Shown here piece by piece: positions 26,141 to 38,020 of a DNA stretch of 64,000 nt; the first letter of the stretch is position 1; each line of letters begins with the position of its first letter. The DNA lies in NCBI GenBank assembly GCA_965235115.1, contig OZ249436.1, forward strand, positions 4,838,001 through 4,902,000. Direction: 5' to 3'. The position numbers and the translations under genes were made by a program. Below the pieces are notes generated by a model, which saw nothing but the letters and a program-made list of their open reading frames with translations, was not told where the DNA came from and made no database searches. Source of the stretch: Laetmonice hystrix (lineage: Eukaryota).

Positions 26141-29100
26141 GACCAGTATGTTCCCTGGGGGGTATAGTTACTCCCCCAATAAATGATAGGAATATAACGT
26201 CAGGCTGATATTTTGATGTGACTATGAGGCTGTGGTCACTGTAGTTCTCCCCAACCGTCATTAAGTATGAAGTGATACTGTTCAGTCAGAAAGTCAGGAC
26301 ACGTAAAAAATATTGTGCTGTGAGAACTATAAATCACCTCTGGGTATGAAGGGCACTGAGGCCCTGGGGACTGGAGACTTTTATCTCTGCATTTATCAAC
26401 AATAAATGAACAGAGCCAGTGGACGGAAATTAGATTTCTCTGGACTGCCGGGCTCGGAGCACGCCCTGGGGCTGTTCTCCTGGGCTGGCTGTCGACACCG
26501 GTCAGCGGGCACACCGGACACCGGGACGGGGGGCACACCGGTCGGGGAGCACACCGGACACCGGGACGGGGGGCACACCGGACACCGGGACGGGGGCGGG
26601 GGGGGGGGCACATGGCAGTCGGTTATAGGCGACTTGTCCACGTCAGGGATAACTTAAGGGTTATAATGTTGATCACCCCTTGGACAACCCCCCCCCCCCC
26701 AGCCACTGTGCTTAGTAAGTATTAAAAGGACTACAATCTATTAATATATGGTAATTTATAGTATAAAAACTTAGAAACGGAAGATCGGTTGGGTGCAGCT
26801 TCTGATTGGTTGGTTGCAGTAAACCAGTCAGTGAGAAGCGTTACGCTTGAACTGATCAAAGAGACATTTTAAAAGGAGAAGAAAGTGAAGCATCAGCTAC
26901 CCGGCCGGCAGGCGTGCTAAAAGTTCCCAATACATTTTTACTGGTCAAGACAACGAGAACTACGTGGCAGGCCAAGGTTGCTGCAGGTAGAATGTCAGCG
27001 GCCGCCAAATTGATGGTTTGACCGGTAGATGAGAGTGAGAGCCCTCCATTGTATGGCTGTAAGTAGTATAGTAAATTGGTCCATAGGTTCGGGGTCTGAC
27101 CAGTGCTCGTTAAATCCCGTTCGCATGCCAACACGCGGTCATTATAGCGTCATAGGGATTGACGAGCCCCAACAAACCAATCATAGAGGGTCTCTAGTAA
27201 TGGCACCAACAGCCGTAAATGCCGAGAGCGCTGATTGGACCAGCCAGTTGCGAGTATTGACGTAATCACGTCGTAATGATCCTATAACGTCTTTGCGTGT
27301 CGTATGGCCCTGTCATGCATCATGAAATGAAATATGACGTCTTAAATCCTGACAACAGAAGGACCAGTTCGCTGATCACTGCCCGGGGCAGCATGGATCC
27401 CTGTGTGTTGGAAACTCTAGAACCATCAGTCGACCCAGTGCGGCCACAGTGTGGACACAGATGAATCTACACAGGTCGGGCCGGCTTGGGGCAGACAGGC
27501 GACCATTAAACACTGCCTCAGGATGATAGATACTGTGTTGTTATGCGACCATGATCCTTTATCTCAACAGTAAATTGACCATGTGCACTCTGTAATAATA
27601 TACGCCTTAAGTGTACCCTCGCATGTTACGTAGACTATTATAAGGTATAACCGAGAAACCGGCCTAGACTAAGGTACTTCTTCATATTGTATGCTCAAAG
27701 ATATGACGTCCATCATATCAGGAAGTCGTGACTTATTATAAGGTAGACTCCAAGAATGTGGCTTTGGTGAATATGTCGCAACACACAGAAATCTACAGAT
27801 TGTAGATCTGCCAGAAAAACAAGAAACAAGGCTGTGCGTTTTAGTTCCATCTTTATTCTGCTGACTGCGTGTTTTTCTTGTGATTAGCTTGACACAGGTA
27901 GTTGTCACGTGACCATCCGGATAGCAGACAATGCTAATTGCAGGGCTGGGTGAGGGGGGGGGGTAAACCTCAGTTCTACCCACACGTACCCCCACCCACC
28001 CCGCCCGGGGCTGTGACCAGCTCTTGTTAACGTCGCGGTGCTGTCAGAAACATTTGGCTGCTACTGTGCTAGTAGGATGTGTCTCACAGTCTGTATTGTA
28101 CACTTTGTGTCACAAGGTTCTCTTTGAACGCGTCCTTTTATCCTATTGTCCTTCACATTGAGAAGGGAAGATGTTGGTGACACATTAAGAGACCACGGTA
28201 CAGTGTTGCTAACAGGCCATTGGGTCATGAACATATATCAAAGTTAGGATAGTGGCACTGAAATTATGAAGGGCCATATTTAGTCTAGGTAATGTGCTGT
28301 CTGGCAATAGTTAGAAAAACGTGAACGTCACCTCACATCCCACCGAGTGGACCACTGACTACTTTACCAACTTTACTATTAATGTTACCAAGTATACATT
28401 GGTTAATTACATACGCTTCTACTTACCTCATAACATATGAGAGACTTACAGTTTCTCGATTCCCAATGGTCAAAAAATTTAATAAAAGTGTTCTAAGTGA
28501 AACAAGAATGAGTTCCACCAGAACTCCTGTCTATCTAACATATTCGGTGTATGGCTCCCTCTAGCGGAGATCCGCTGGATCGTGCGCCCCCTAGTGTCCA
28601 TGTGACCTAGTAGTCAGATTTGAAATGACCACTGCTACCGCAGGACGTCTTCGTGAGTACCGTGGTTTTTTCCTTATAGTTCTGTATTCCCTTTGGTCAT
28701 TCCTGTCTATTTGTTGTTTGTAGTCTACCAGTATAGGTAGACGCACTACCTCCTTGTGTGGTAGAAGTTATTCAGCATGTTCCCTTAGTTATTCTAAGGG
28801 CCAGGTACACTCCTTGTCGGCCTCTGTTAGTCCAGGTAAGCGAGGCCATGTTGACCGACAAGTTTTCCTTTGGCCTTGTCTGACCAGGCGGAACGGTCAG
28901 CAGTGAGCCGGGGTGCACACTGTGCTTGCTCCAGGCAATGAAGCGTGTCACCCGCCCACCGTGGTGGCTAAGGGTGTGACGTCACGCTCACGTCTCAATC
29001 AGCTGGTCAGTCCCGTGCAGGACTAGGTGGGTAAGCGTAAGGTCATGGATCCTCGACCTACGCACCCACCTGACCAGTCTGAATACGCTGATACGCCCAA

Positions 29101-29235
29101 TCACGCACAGCGGGTGGCGTACAGCGTAGGCACCGATCACTGGGTCGAAATGATAACCGGAATGTCTCGGGATCGGTGCCTCGGGCTTCCCACGCGAGGA
29201 AAGGAATTAAGCCCGTTGAGACGTTGAGACGATCA

Positions 29236-29595
29236 AGGCCTGAACCCACTAGCGCGTTTTGTCGCTCAGCCAAAAACGCCGCGATTTCCCGCGACGGGAA
29301 ATCGCGGCGGCCCTGATTCGGCAACCTGTTCCCACTGAGGCAGGAAACGCATACCGGTCATCATTCACTCCCCTTCAGGTGTCACGCACCGCCGCGGTTA
29401 ATCGCTTCGAATGCTATTTTTGCAACGGCTTTTTCCCCTGTGCGTCGGCCGCGGCGGGGTCAATCAGGTATTTTTGCCGCATCGCTCAAATGGAAACCAT
29501 TCTATGAAATTCAGTTGTACCAATCTCGGCGTTGTGCGTCGCGATTTCCCGCAGCGTGGACCTCGGCGGTAAAACGCGCTGGTGGGTACAGGCCT
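29236..29595. mobile_element. MITE (PIF/Harbinger-like) nested in DIRS element A
   Basis: Imperfect TIRs aggcctgaacccactagcgcgtttt / aaaacgcgctggtgggtacaggcct. Flanks tca and tta (TWA-like TSD). Internal hairpin near 29276-29309. Confidence 0.75.
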
Positions 29596-29732
29596 TTACA
29601 CGCAGACGTTCAGCGTCTCTGGATCGATCTCTTGACGCGAGGGGAGACTCGAGTTCGCCTCGAGCCAGAGCTCGAGCGACCGTTCTCCCCCTCGTCTGCG
29701 TCCGGGGGTCTCCTCGAGGAGGCCACCCGGAC

Positions 29733-30061
29733 GAGCCGCGCGAGCCGCGCGAGCCGCGCGAGCCGCGCGAGCCGCGCGAGCCGCGCGAGCCGCGCGAGCC
29801 GCGCGAGCCGCGCGAGCCGCGCGAGCCGCGCGAGCCGCGCGAGCCGCGCGAGCCGCGCGAGCCGCGCGAGCCGCGCGAGCCGCGCGAGCCGCGCGAGCCG
29901 CGCGAGCCGCGCGAGCCGCGCGAGCCGCGCGAGCCGCGCGAGCCGCGCGAGCCGCGCGAGCCGCGCGAGCCGCGCGAGCCGCGCGAGCCGCGCGAGCCGC
30001 GCGAGCCGCGCGAGCCGCGCGAGCCGCGCGAGCCGCGCGAGCCGCGCGAGCCGCGCGAGCC
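29733..30061. repeat. Perfect (GAGCCGCGC)n, about 36 copies, inside a triplicated ~133-bp unit of DIRS element A
   Basis: Uninterrupted 9-mer. Parent units at about 29620, 30064 and 30197. Confidence 0.97.
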
Positions 30062-33000
30062 CTGGATCCATCTCTTGACGCGAGGGGAGACTCGCGTTCG
30101 CCTCGAGCCAGAGCTCGAGCAACCGTTCTCCCCCTCGTCTGCGTCCGGTGGTCTCCTCGAGGAGGCCACCCGGGCCAGCCGCGCGAGTCGGCTCGGGATC
30201 GATCTCTTGACGCGAGGGGAGACTCGCGTTCGCCTCGAGCCAGAGCTCGAGCGACCGTTCTCCCCCTCGTCTGCGTCCGGTGGTCTCCTCGAGGAGACCA
30301 CCCGGGCCAGCCGCGCAGACGCGCGTAGACAATCGGGGATTCTTCCTGAGATCGGGCATTTGTGCCTTCGGGCCTCGGTGCTTCGGGCATGCGAGGATTG
30401 AGATCTCTCGTATAGGCTCACTGAGACGATGTCGGGCAGTCGATCATTTGATGATCTGCGGTTCGATCCCCCGATCTGATCCGATCTGATCAAGATCAGG
30501 CACCGAGCCTTACTCCAGTTCGTTCCTGGCTCGAGGTCGAGATCGTTACTCCTGCTTAGGCGGGAGAACTCCCGAATTTTGGGGTTATTTGCACCCGTCA
30601 TGAATTAGGGATACAGTTTATCTCCCGCTGGAGATGGCATCAAGTGGAAGATTTCCCCGCTTGATAGGCACAAGATTTGGCAGGTCCGTCGAGCTCGAGA
30701 TCGATGAGATCGGGATCCAGTTAGGATCGGAATCCAGATCAGGATCGGGATAAGGATCAGGATCGGTGCCTGGAGCTAGAGATCTAGGCCTAGGATACAT
30801 GCGAGGAAAGAGTTCTCTCGCACTAAGTGCATTAAGAGACAAGATCGCATAGACGATTTTGTTTGTTGATCGATCTCCCCGTAATGACTAGATCAAGATC
30901 GAGTTCGAGATCGATGCCTTGGCTAGAGATCTACATGCCAGGAAGATATCTCTCGCATCTAGACCATTGAGACGATATCGTGCAGGTGATATTTATTTAT
31001 TTAATCCCCGAGACGGCATCCAGACCGAGATCGGGAGCGTTCGCGATCGTCTGTACCTAGGAACGTCTCTTTCACGCGGGTCGTCGATCTCAAGATCGTT
31101 GCCCGGGTCAAGTTGGCCGTCGCACTAGACTTTGGGGTTTTCATAGGACAGCGTCGTCACCATGGTCTGGTCTAGATCTTGGGACCATGAGAGATGTCAA
31201 TCAGTATAGACCTATGGCCTAGGCTTACGCGACCGATCGAGGAGTGCTCTGTCGGCCAGGCAGCGTAATCGCGCCTCCCTCGCGGATCAGGGGAGTCAGT
31301 AGGCTAGAGGCGGCCTCTCTCTTGTATGCTTGCAGGGTCTCCACAGCACCTTGAAGTCAAGTAAGCCTTGAAAATCTTTAAATCGGCTTTTTTGGAAAAT
31401 CCTAAATTTCCTGTTCTCTTTGTCCCCCGCCTGACACATATGAAGTTATTTAAACTGGCTTGGGGACCATGATGGCACGAGGTAGAGTCCTTGTAGCGCC
31501 ATCTATGGCTGTGAGTAGTCTATGGAAACGGTGGTAAAGATCAGACTATCTGGAAAACTGCATGTTGATACAGTTTTTAAATTGAGAGACAAGAAAAACA
31601 TGGTGACTCAAAAAAAAAATTCTTTTTGAGTTAATCACATCGGATTAAGTAGAGTCCTATATGGTCTGTTATTTGTGGCGATTTGGCATGGATTGGTTGC
31701 CAATATCTAGACGGTTACGGGCAGAGTTTCGGGGGGTGTAGAGGATCTACGCTCAGTTTGTCCAACTATGGATCTTTTCACGGATCCCTTCCCCTTGTAC
31801 CCTACTTCGGTCGGACGTTAGGGGAGATCAACCCCCGTTAATCCGTTTTTTATGGCGGAATGTACTCTGCATTCGGACCCTCCTGGTAGGGGGTTCTAGG
31901 TTGGACCCAAGGGACCTTTCTCTTGGACTGAAGGAGCCTTCGACCTTTTCAGTTCCAAAGTGCCCTTTCTTTGCTCAGGCAAACCGTGTTCGCCTAGTCA
32001 CGGCGGCGGCCATCTAGACCGACCTTGGTTATAGTCGCCGGAGGCTATATCTTTCGGCGATAGGACTAGGGCGGCCCTGGCCTTATACGTCACTCGGCAT
32101 AGAGTTTGGTTTTTAATTCCTATCTACTCTATCCTATTTCGCCGGGGTTCGACTCTAAGTCCTCAGTTTTGCATAGCCGTCTAGCGATATAAGCCTGAGT
32201 TGGATCTGGACATTTTGGTTCGGAATTAAGCGTTCGCTTACAACGAAGCACACACAAGCGGTGAGCTTGCTTCATCAATTACCAGATTCCTTGGACCCTG
32301 TCTGTTCTCAGGGAGTGATTGCGTCTGGAGTTTGTCGAGCCCGCCAGGTGTGGCCCGTTCATCGGCTCACTCTCGCAGGGCCCTCCCTTTCTGTTTCCCT
32401 AAGTTCTAGCTAAAGAATAGGAGAGATCAGGAAACTTCGAGAGAAAGGTGCAGTCGTCACTTTGGGGTCGGTAGTGAGTCCGCCCCGGGAATTATTTTCC
32501 TTCAACCCGTAGGGGTTCTCGAGAAACGTGGGGTGTCTCAGTGTCTATAGGTAGATACGATAGACACGATAGACATCGAGGACACTTTCTTGCACTAGAA
32601 GTTTCTCAGTGTTCCAACGACAGTCCATGTTTCCAGTTGGTAGTTCTGCCGTTCGGTCCGAGTTTACCTAGCTGGCAACACAGTTGGGAAGCTGGACAGG
32701 TCGGAAGGGATGGAGCTTCATCCTTACATGGTGTGGCCCGTCCAGGCCACCCAGTTGCTCTCAGTTTTACCTCCCCTGGGATGGAGGATAAACCTGGTGA
32801 AGTGTATAGGCCTGGAAGTTGCACCGACAAGCTATGTCTGCAGTTTATCGGAGTTTCTTTTTTGAACTCAGGACCGCTTGGCAAACTGCATGGGTGACTG
32901 ATGCAGTTTGCGTTGTTGAGTGCGTGGCGCTCGAGCAAGGATTTCCTCGGCGGGTGCAGGGTTCTCCTTCCTCGGTCTCTGGCGCAGTTCCTCCAGTGGT

Positions 33001-33233
33001 GGATCGATCCACAGACTTTTCAGAGGGGTGTACTTTGGAATATCTAACCCCGGATGTTTCCCTTCTCCACAGATATCTCAGGGAGGTTTGTGAGCTATTT
33101 CCTAAATAGTTGGAGCGGGGTGTGGCACGGACACATATATGGTCTAGAATTAAAGGCAATTTTCCTAGGCTCTTCATCTCTTCGCCTGGCTCCCGACGCG
33201 ATCAGTAGTCCTGATCCACCCCGACAGTACGAT

Positions 33234-33396
33234 CCCCGCTAGCAATATTACGTTGCTACAACGTTCCCATAACGCTACGTAAATTTGTTTGGTCTTCTAT
33301 GTTGCCACAACGTTGTAGTTTCGTTAGACACAACGTTGTGAAGTGACCAAACTACAACTTTATTCAACGTTGTGAAAAGGTTGTGTGTTAGTTGGG
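33234..33396. mobile_element. Short MITE (CCC...GGG ends, AT duplication, possibly EnSpm/CMC-like) in DIRS element A
   Basis: Ends ccccgctagca / tgttagttggg, AT on both flanks, internal repeats of caacgttg. Confidence 0.55.
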
Positions 33397-33531
33397 ATGG
33401 CAGTGACCTATCTGTTAAATCAAAGGGACACTCGGTCACTGCTACTATTCCGGATAACCGGGGACATCCTCTGGTGGTGTCGCCAGCACCGAGTGACGTT
33501 GTGCGTCATTTCATGTGCAGGGCAAGTTTAA

Positions 33532-33639
33532 AGCCGGGGACACACAGGGACGTGCGTGCGTGCGTGCGTCAAGAGGCGTGCATGAAAATGGCCGACGCGT
33601 CTCGAACGCGCCGCGAAACGCGCCTGTCTGGGCCAGTCA
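33532..33639. mobile_element. 108-bp Harbinger-like MITE in the RNase H region of DIRS element A
   Basis: TAA at 33529-31 and 33640-42, with degenerate TIRs. Removing it restores CAT GTG CAG GGC AAG TTT AAT (HVQGKFN). Confidence 0.6.
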
Positions 33640-33919
33640 TAATATGGGCCGGGTTGGCCTTGTTTCACAGAGATATCAGAATTGTTGCGGGATTGGGCTC
33701 GATCCCTGCCTTATGACCCCGATCTGTTGTTTTAGAGAGGGAAGTGGCATTCAGCTCCGAAGATTTTCGATTTACACCCCTCTGCTTGTCAGGAACAGAG
33801 GTGAGAAGCGTGGATTCTCGGGACAAGCGGCCCAGAGCATTGCCGAGAAACATAGGCCCTCCTCGCAAGCTGCGTATCGAGACAGCGGGCCTTCCTTATT
33901 GAATGGGCAGGGGAACATA

Positions 33920-34740
33920 TGACTTTGATCTCACCGCCCCCTCTCAGTAGCCGATTGTCTGCTTGACAGGTTTCTTCGGGGGTTGTCGGTCTCCGCCGTA
34001 CGAGGAATCAGATCAGTGATTGCAGCAAAGGCATCAGCACCAGGCGGAGGTTCCTTTAGCTCTTGACGGGAACTCAGTGCGCTATTACGCAATTTGATAT
34101 TTCTTGAGCCCGTAAAGCCGAGGAAGGCCCCTTACTGGAGTTGGTCGGTGGTACTGAACGCATTGTTGCGTCCCCCCTTATTTATCTTATGTCTTCCGTA
34201 CACCAAGTTGTACTTGAAAGACCATGTTCCTGTAGCATTAACCTCAGGGCTGAGGGCTGAGGTGGTCGGAATTTACTGCCTTCGGGGGAGCGCGTTTTGG
34301 CCCCTGTTCCTCCATTGTGACCTTTGTTACCACACTCTGTGGCTAACAACCCGACCCTGGCTCTGAGCTCCGAGCTCAGGCCGGATGATGAGGAGCGCCT
34401 GTAGAGCTGCCTGTTAGAGGGGGTGTCGTGTCTTTTGGTGAGTGCGTACCCGTCGACATCACGCCGGCTACAATTGTGGAAGGTGGAAGGCTTTAGCTTA
34501 TAGCCTTGACTCGGGCAGACGCGGCCTTGTCCAAGTCTTTACAGTTTCATCGTGTTAAGGTTCTTGAGGTGCGGGCGATTTCTGCGTCCTTGGCTCCTAT
34601 TAATGGAGTAACCTTCGCCGAATTCCTCGAGGCTGCCTTTTGGCTATCAGACACCACCTTTACAGTTCTATTGCGTGAACCTGGTGGTCAGGAGGACGCC
34701 CTTTTAGTCTGGGCCACCTCATAGTGGTCCAGGCCGTTGT
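33920..34740 (+). pseudogene. Decayed tyrosine recombinase of DIRS element A
   Basis: Fragments align by eye to the element B recombinase (WSxxVVLxAL..PP; EVRAISAS..AAFW..TF). Multiple frameshifts. Confidence 0.75.
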
Positions 34741-35655
34741 TTGTCCACGTCACTGCATGATGGAGAGCGTGGGACAAAAAGAAGGGGGGGGGGGGCAGAT
34801 GTTATCTGTTCAGTCTTCCGGCCCTTGGTTTCCCTCACAAGGAGCAGGTATTACCTTCCCTACACACGTATAGCAGTTTTCAGGATTTAACGCTATAAAC
34901 GTTCCCAGGTGAAAACAAGTGCATGGGCATACGCCTCAATGGGTATGGCTGTGGAGTGAATATTTCTGTCTTCCCACCTCCTATGCTTAGCACTCGCTCT
35001 CATATGTTATGAGGTAAGTAGAAGCGTATGTAATTAACCATAACAGTTTCGGAGGAAACTGATTGTTAATAAATACGCGATACTTACCTCATAACATTAA
35101 AGGCCCTTCCCGCCTCCCCGCTTAGTGGTCATTTAAATCTGACTACTAGGTCACATGGACACTAGGGGGCGCACGATCCAGCGGATCTCCGCTAGAGGGA
35201 GCCATACACCGAATATGTTAGATAGACAGGAGTTCTGGTGGAACTCATTCTTGTTTCACTTAGAACACTTTTATTAAATTTTTTGACCATTGGGAATCGA
35301 GAAACTGTAAGTCTCTCATATGTTATGAGGTAAGTATCGCGTATTTATTAACAATCAGTTTCCTCCGAAACTGTTATGTTTACTATAAATTTTACCAAGT
35401 ATACTACTTTATTAATTTTACCCAGTATATCACTAAATTTTACCCAGTTTACGCGGCACTATGTCAAGGTAGATTTTGTTCAGTGACCAGGGCCCAGTTT
35501 TTCAAAAATTCTTAGTCAGAAGCCTTAGGTAAGCTACTGGCCCCTGTGCGCGTTGTCCAGTGATAAAGGTTTATGATTATACAGACCCTCAAGTGTGTTG
35601 ACAGACGTTGTCTAGGTAACACAAAATCTAATCGTTATTTGTCTCCTTGTTACAG

Positions 35656-35738
35656 AAACGGTGTCAATGTGGAGGGGTCGACCCACAAACAGGTCGTCGA
35701 CCTCATCAAGACGGGAGGTGATTCGCTTACTCTCTCAG
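35656..35738 (+). CDS. SNX27: SNX27-like internal exon, C-terminal part of PDZ domain (NGVNVEGSTHKQVVDLIKTGGDSLTLS)
   Basis: Acceptor ttgttacag| and donor |gtcagt. The peptide matches the SNX27 PDZ end (NGVNVEGATHKQVVDLI). It ends with one spare nt (G) that completes GTG with the next exon. Confidence 0.9.
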
Positions 35739-35949
35739 GTCAGTCAGCTTACACAGCCCTTTATTTCTAATCTAGCCCTCGGCTCCGCCTCGGACTCTCG
35801 GTGTCATGCAATATCTACTAAACTTAGAAGTTTAGTAGATATTGAGTTAGAATTGTATGAATCCTAAACACCATTGGATGAAGGCTTGACGCCAGCAGGT
35901 CTTAATTCATCATTGCACGAAGGTTACAATGGAATAGAACCTAACACCA

Positions 35950-36500
35950 GCACGTGTTGTGGAGAATAGAGGCTGACAGGACCAAGTGTCGGGGAGAATA
36001 GAGCCTGACAGGACCACATGTCGGTGAGAATAGAGCCTGACAGGACCACGTGTCGGGGAGAATAGAGCCCGTCAGGACCACGTTTTGGGGAGAATAGAGC
36101 CTGTCAGAACCACGTGTTAGGCAGAATAGAGCCTGACAGGGCCATGTGTCAGGGAGAATAGAGCCTGACAGGACCACGTGTCAGGGAGAGAATAGAGCCT
36201 GACAGCACCACGTGTCGGGGAGAATAGAGCCTCACATCACCACGTGTTGGGGAGAATAGAGCCTGAGAGGACCACGTGTCAGGGAGAATAGAGCCTGTCA
36301 GGGCTACGTGTTGGGGAGAATAGACCCTGTCAGAACCACGTGTTAGGCAGAATAGAGCCTGAGGACCACGTGTTGGGAGAATAGAGCCTGACAGGACCAA
36401 GTGTCGAGGAGAATAGAGCCTGACAGGACCAAGTGTCGAGGAGAATAGAGCCTGAGGACCACATGTCAGGGAGAAGAGAGCCTGTCAGGACCACGTGTTG
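35950..36500. repeat. Diverged ~32-bp minisatellite
   Basis: Unit ggagaatagagcctgacaggaccacgtgtcgg. Confidence 0.93.
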
Positions 36501-37038
36501 GTGTGGGCGATGAAGGGGTTCCCATTAGTCGTCAGTCTGAAGAGGGTCTGACAGGATCCAACTATCGTTCTGTCGTCTGGCTTTGTCCGGTCGATGGCAG
36601 GTGGGGCCATGACTGGACTGGGAGCAAATTGTGTAGGTCGTGGGCAGGTGTGTAAGTGGTTTGTGGCTGGGAGTCGGGTGGGGCGTGTTTGAGGTGAAGG
36701 TGGGGGGGGGGGGGGGTGATGGTAATTACCCTATAGTAATATTCCCGTGAAATTTGAAGGCGAGAACTAAAGATTGATTCCTAACTAAAACCTAATCCTA
36801 ACTCAAGGCCTCAGACTTCCCCATTCGGTCTACCCGTACCCGTAAACCCTACCTCAATCTCGTGGTAAAGTTACAATGGGGGAAGGACCAGGGGATGGGG
36901 GGGGGCTGCTCCTGTTGCTCCTGCTGCTCCTGTTGCTCCTGTTGAGCACCCAGCTCATGGCCAGCTGTTCACTTCAAGTAGGAGAAGGCGTGCCTGCGTT
37001 TCAACAGTCGCTAACCGTTAATAACGTATGGACTTCAG

Positions 37039-38020
37039 TTTCTCCCCTGTACCAATGCTTTCTCCCATGTACCCAATGCTTTCTCCCCTGTACCAATATT
37101 TTCTCCCCTGCACCAATGCTTTCTCCCCTGTACCCAATGCTTTCTCCCCTGTACCCAATGCTTTCTCCCCTGTACCCAATGCTTTCTCCCCTGTACCAAT
37201 GCTTTCTCCCCAGCACCAATGCTTTCTCCTATGTACCCAATGATTGCTCCCCTGCACCAATGCTTTCTCCCCTGTACCCAATGCTTTCTCCCCTGTACCC
37301 AATGCTGTCTCCCCTGTACCAATGTTTTCTCCCCTGCACCAATGCTTTCTCCCCTGTACCCAATGTTTTCTCCCCTGCACCCAATGCTTTCTCCCCTGTA
37401 GCAATGCTTTTTCCCCTGTACCAATGTTTTCTCCCCTGTACCAATGCTTTCTCCCATGTACCCAATGCTTTCTCCCCTGTACCAATATTTTCTCCCCTGC
37501 ACCAATGCTTTCTCCCCTGTACCCAATGCTTTCTCCCCTGTACCCAATGCTTTCTCCCCTGTACCCAATGCTTTCTCCCCTGTACCAATGCTTTCTCCCC
37601 AGCACCAATGCTTTCTCCTATGTACCCAATGATTGCTCCCCTGCACCAATGCTTTCTCCCCTGTACTCAATGCTTTCTCCCCTGTACCCAATGCTGTCTC
37701 CCCTGTACCAATGTTTTCTCCCCTGCACCAATGCTTTCTCCCCTGTACCCAATGTTTTCTCCCCTGCACCCAATGCTTTCTCCCCTGTAGCAATGCTTTT
37801 TCCCCTGTACCAATGTTTTCTCCCCTGCACCAATGCTTTCTCCCCTGTACCCAATGTTTTCTCCCCTGTACCCAATGCTTTCTCCCATGTAGCAATGCTT
37901 TCTCCCCTGTACCCAATTGATGCTTTCTCCCCTGCACCAATGCTTCCTCCCCTTCACCAATGCTTTCTCCCCTATACCCAATGCTTTCTCCCCTGTACCA
38001 ATGCTTTCTCCCCTGTACCA
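37039..38020. repeat. 21/22-bp minisatellite with a 389-bp higher-order duplication
   Basis: Unit caatgctttctcccctgtac(c)c. Diagnostic variants recur at 37212 and 37601. Confidence 0.95.

Larger units (their letters stand above)
28402..35378 (+). mobile_element. DIRS1-like tyrosine-recombinase retrotransposon, degenerate (element A)
   Basis: Left ITR 28402-28633 is inverted at 35124-35336, with a right extension at 35337-35378. The ICR at 34997-35097 is complementary to both termini. Decayed YR remnants (RGLSVSAVRG near 33980; VKVLEVRAISAS...AAFWLSDTTFT at 34550-34665) and RNase H-like HVQGK near 33512. Confidence 0.9.

Noticed and set aside
29440..30601. Poly-SRA/REP/RGS ORFs
   Set aside because: Translations of the 9-bp repeat.
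35080..35090. U1 snRNA gene
   Set aside because: Only the first 10 nt match, and the sequence is part of the DIRS ICR.
35491..35543. Tiny GGCCCAG...CTGGCCC element
   Set aside because: Possibly an internally deleted MITE, but too short, and the flanks differ (CAG vs CTG).
1..35655. Upstream SNX27 exon(s) encoding the N-terminal PDZ part
   Set aside because: I could not find GFNVRGQ or GDRILEV-type sequence by eye or in the ORF track. It probably lies upstream of the window, although a small exon could have been missed.
36876..37790. ORF with a signal-peptide-like poly-Leu start
   Set aside because: A low-complexity (ctcctg) tract followed by a 21/22-bp satellite, inside an intron.
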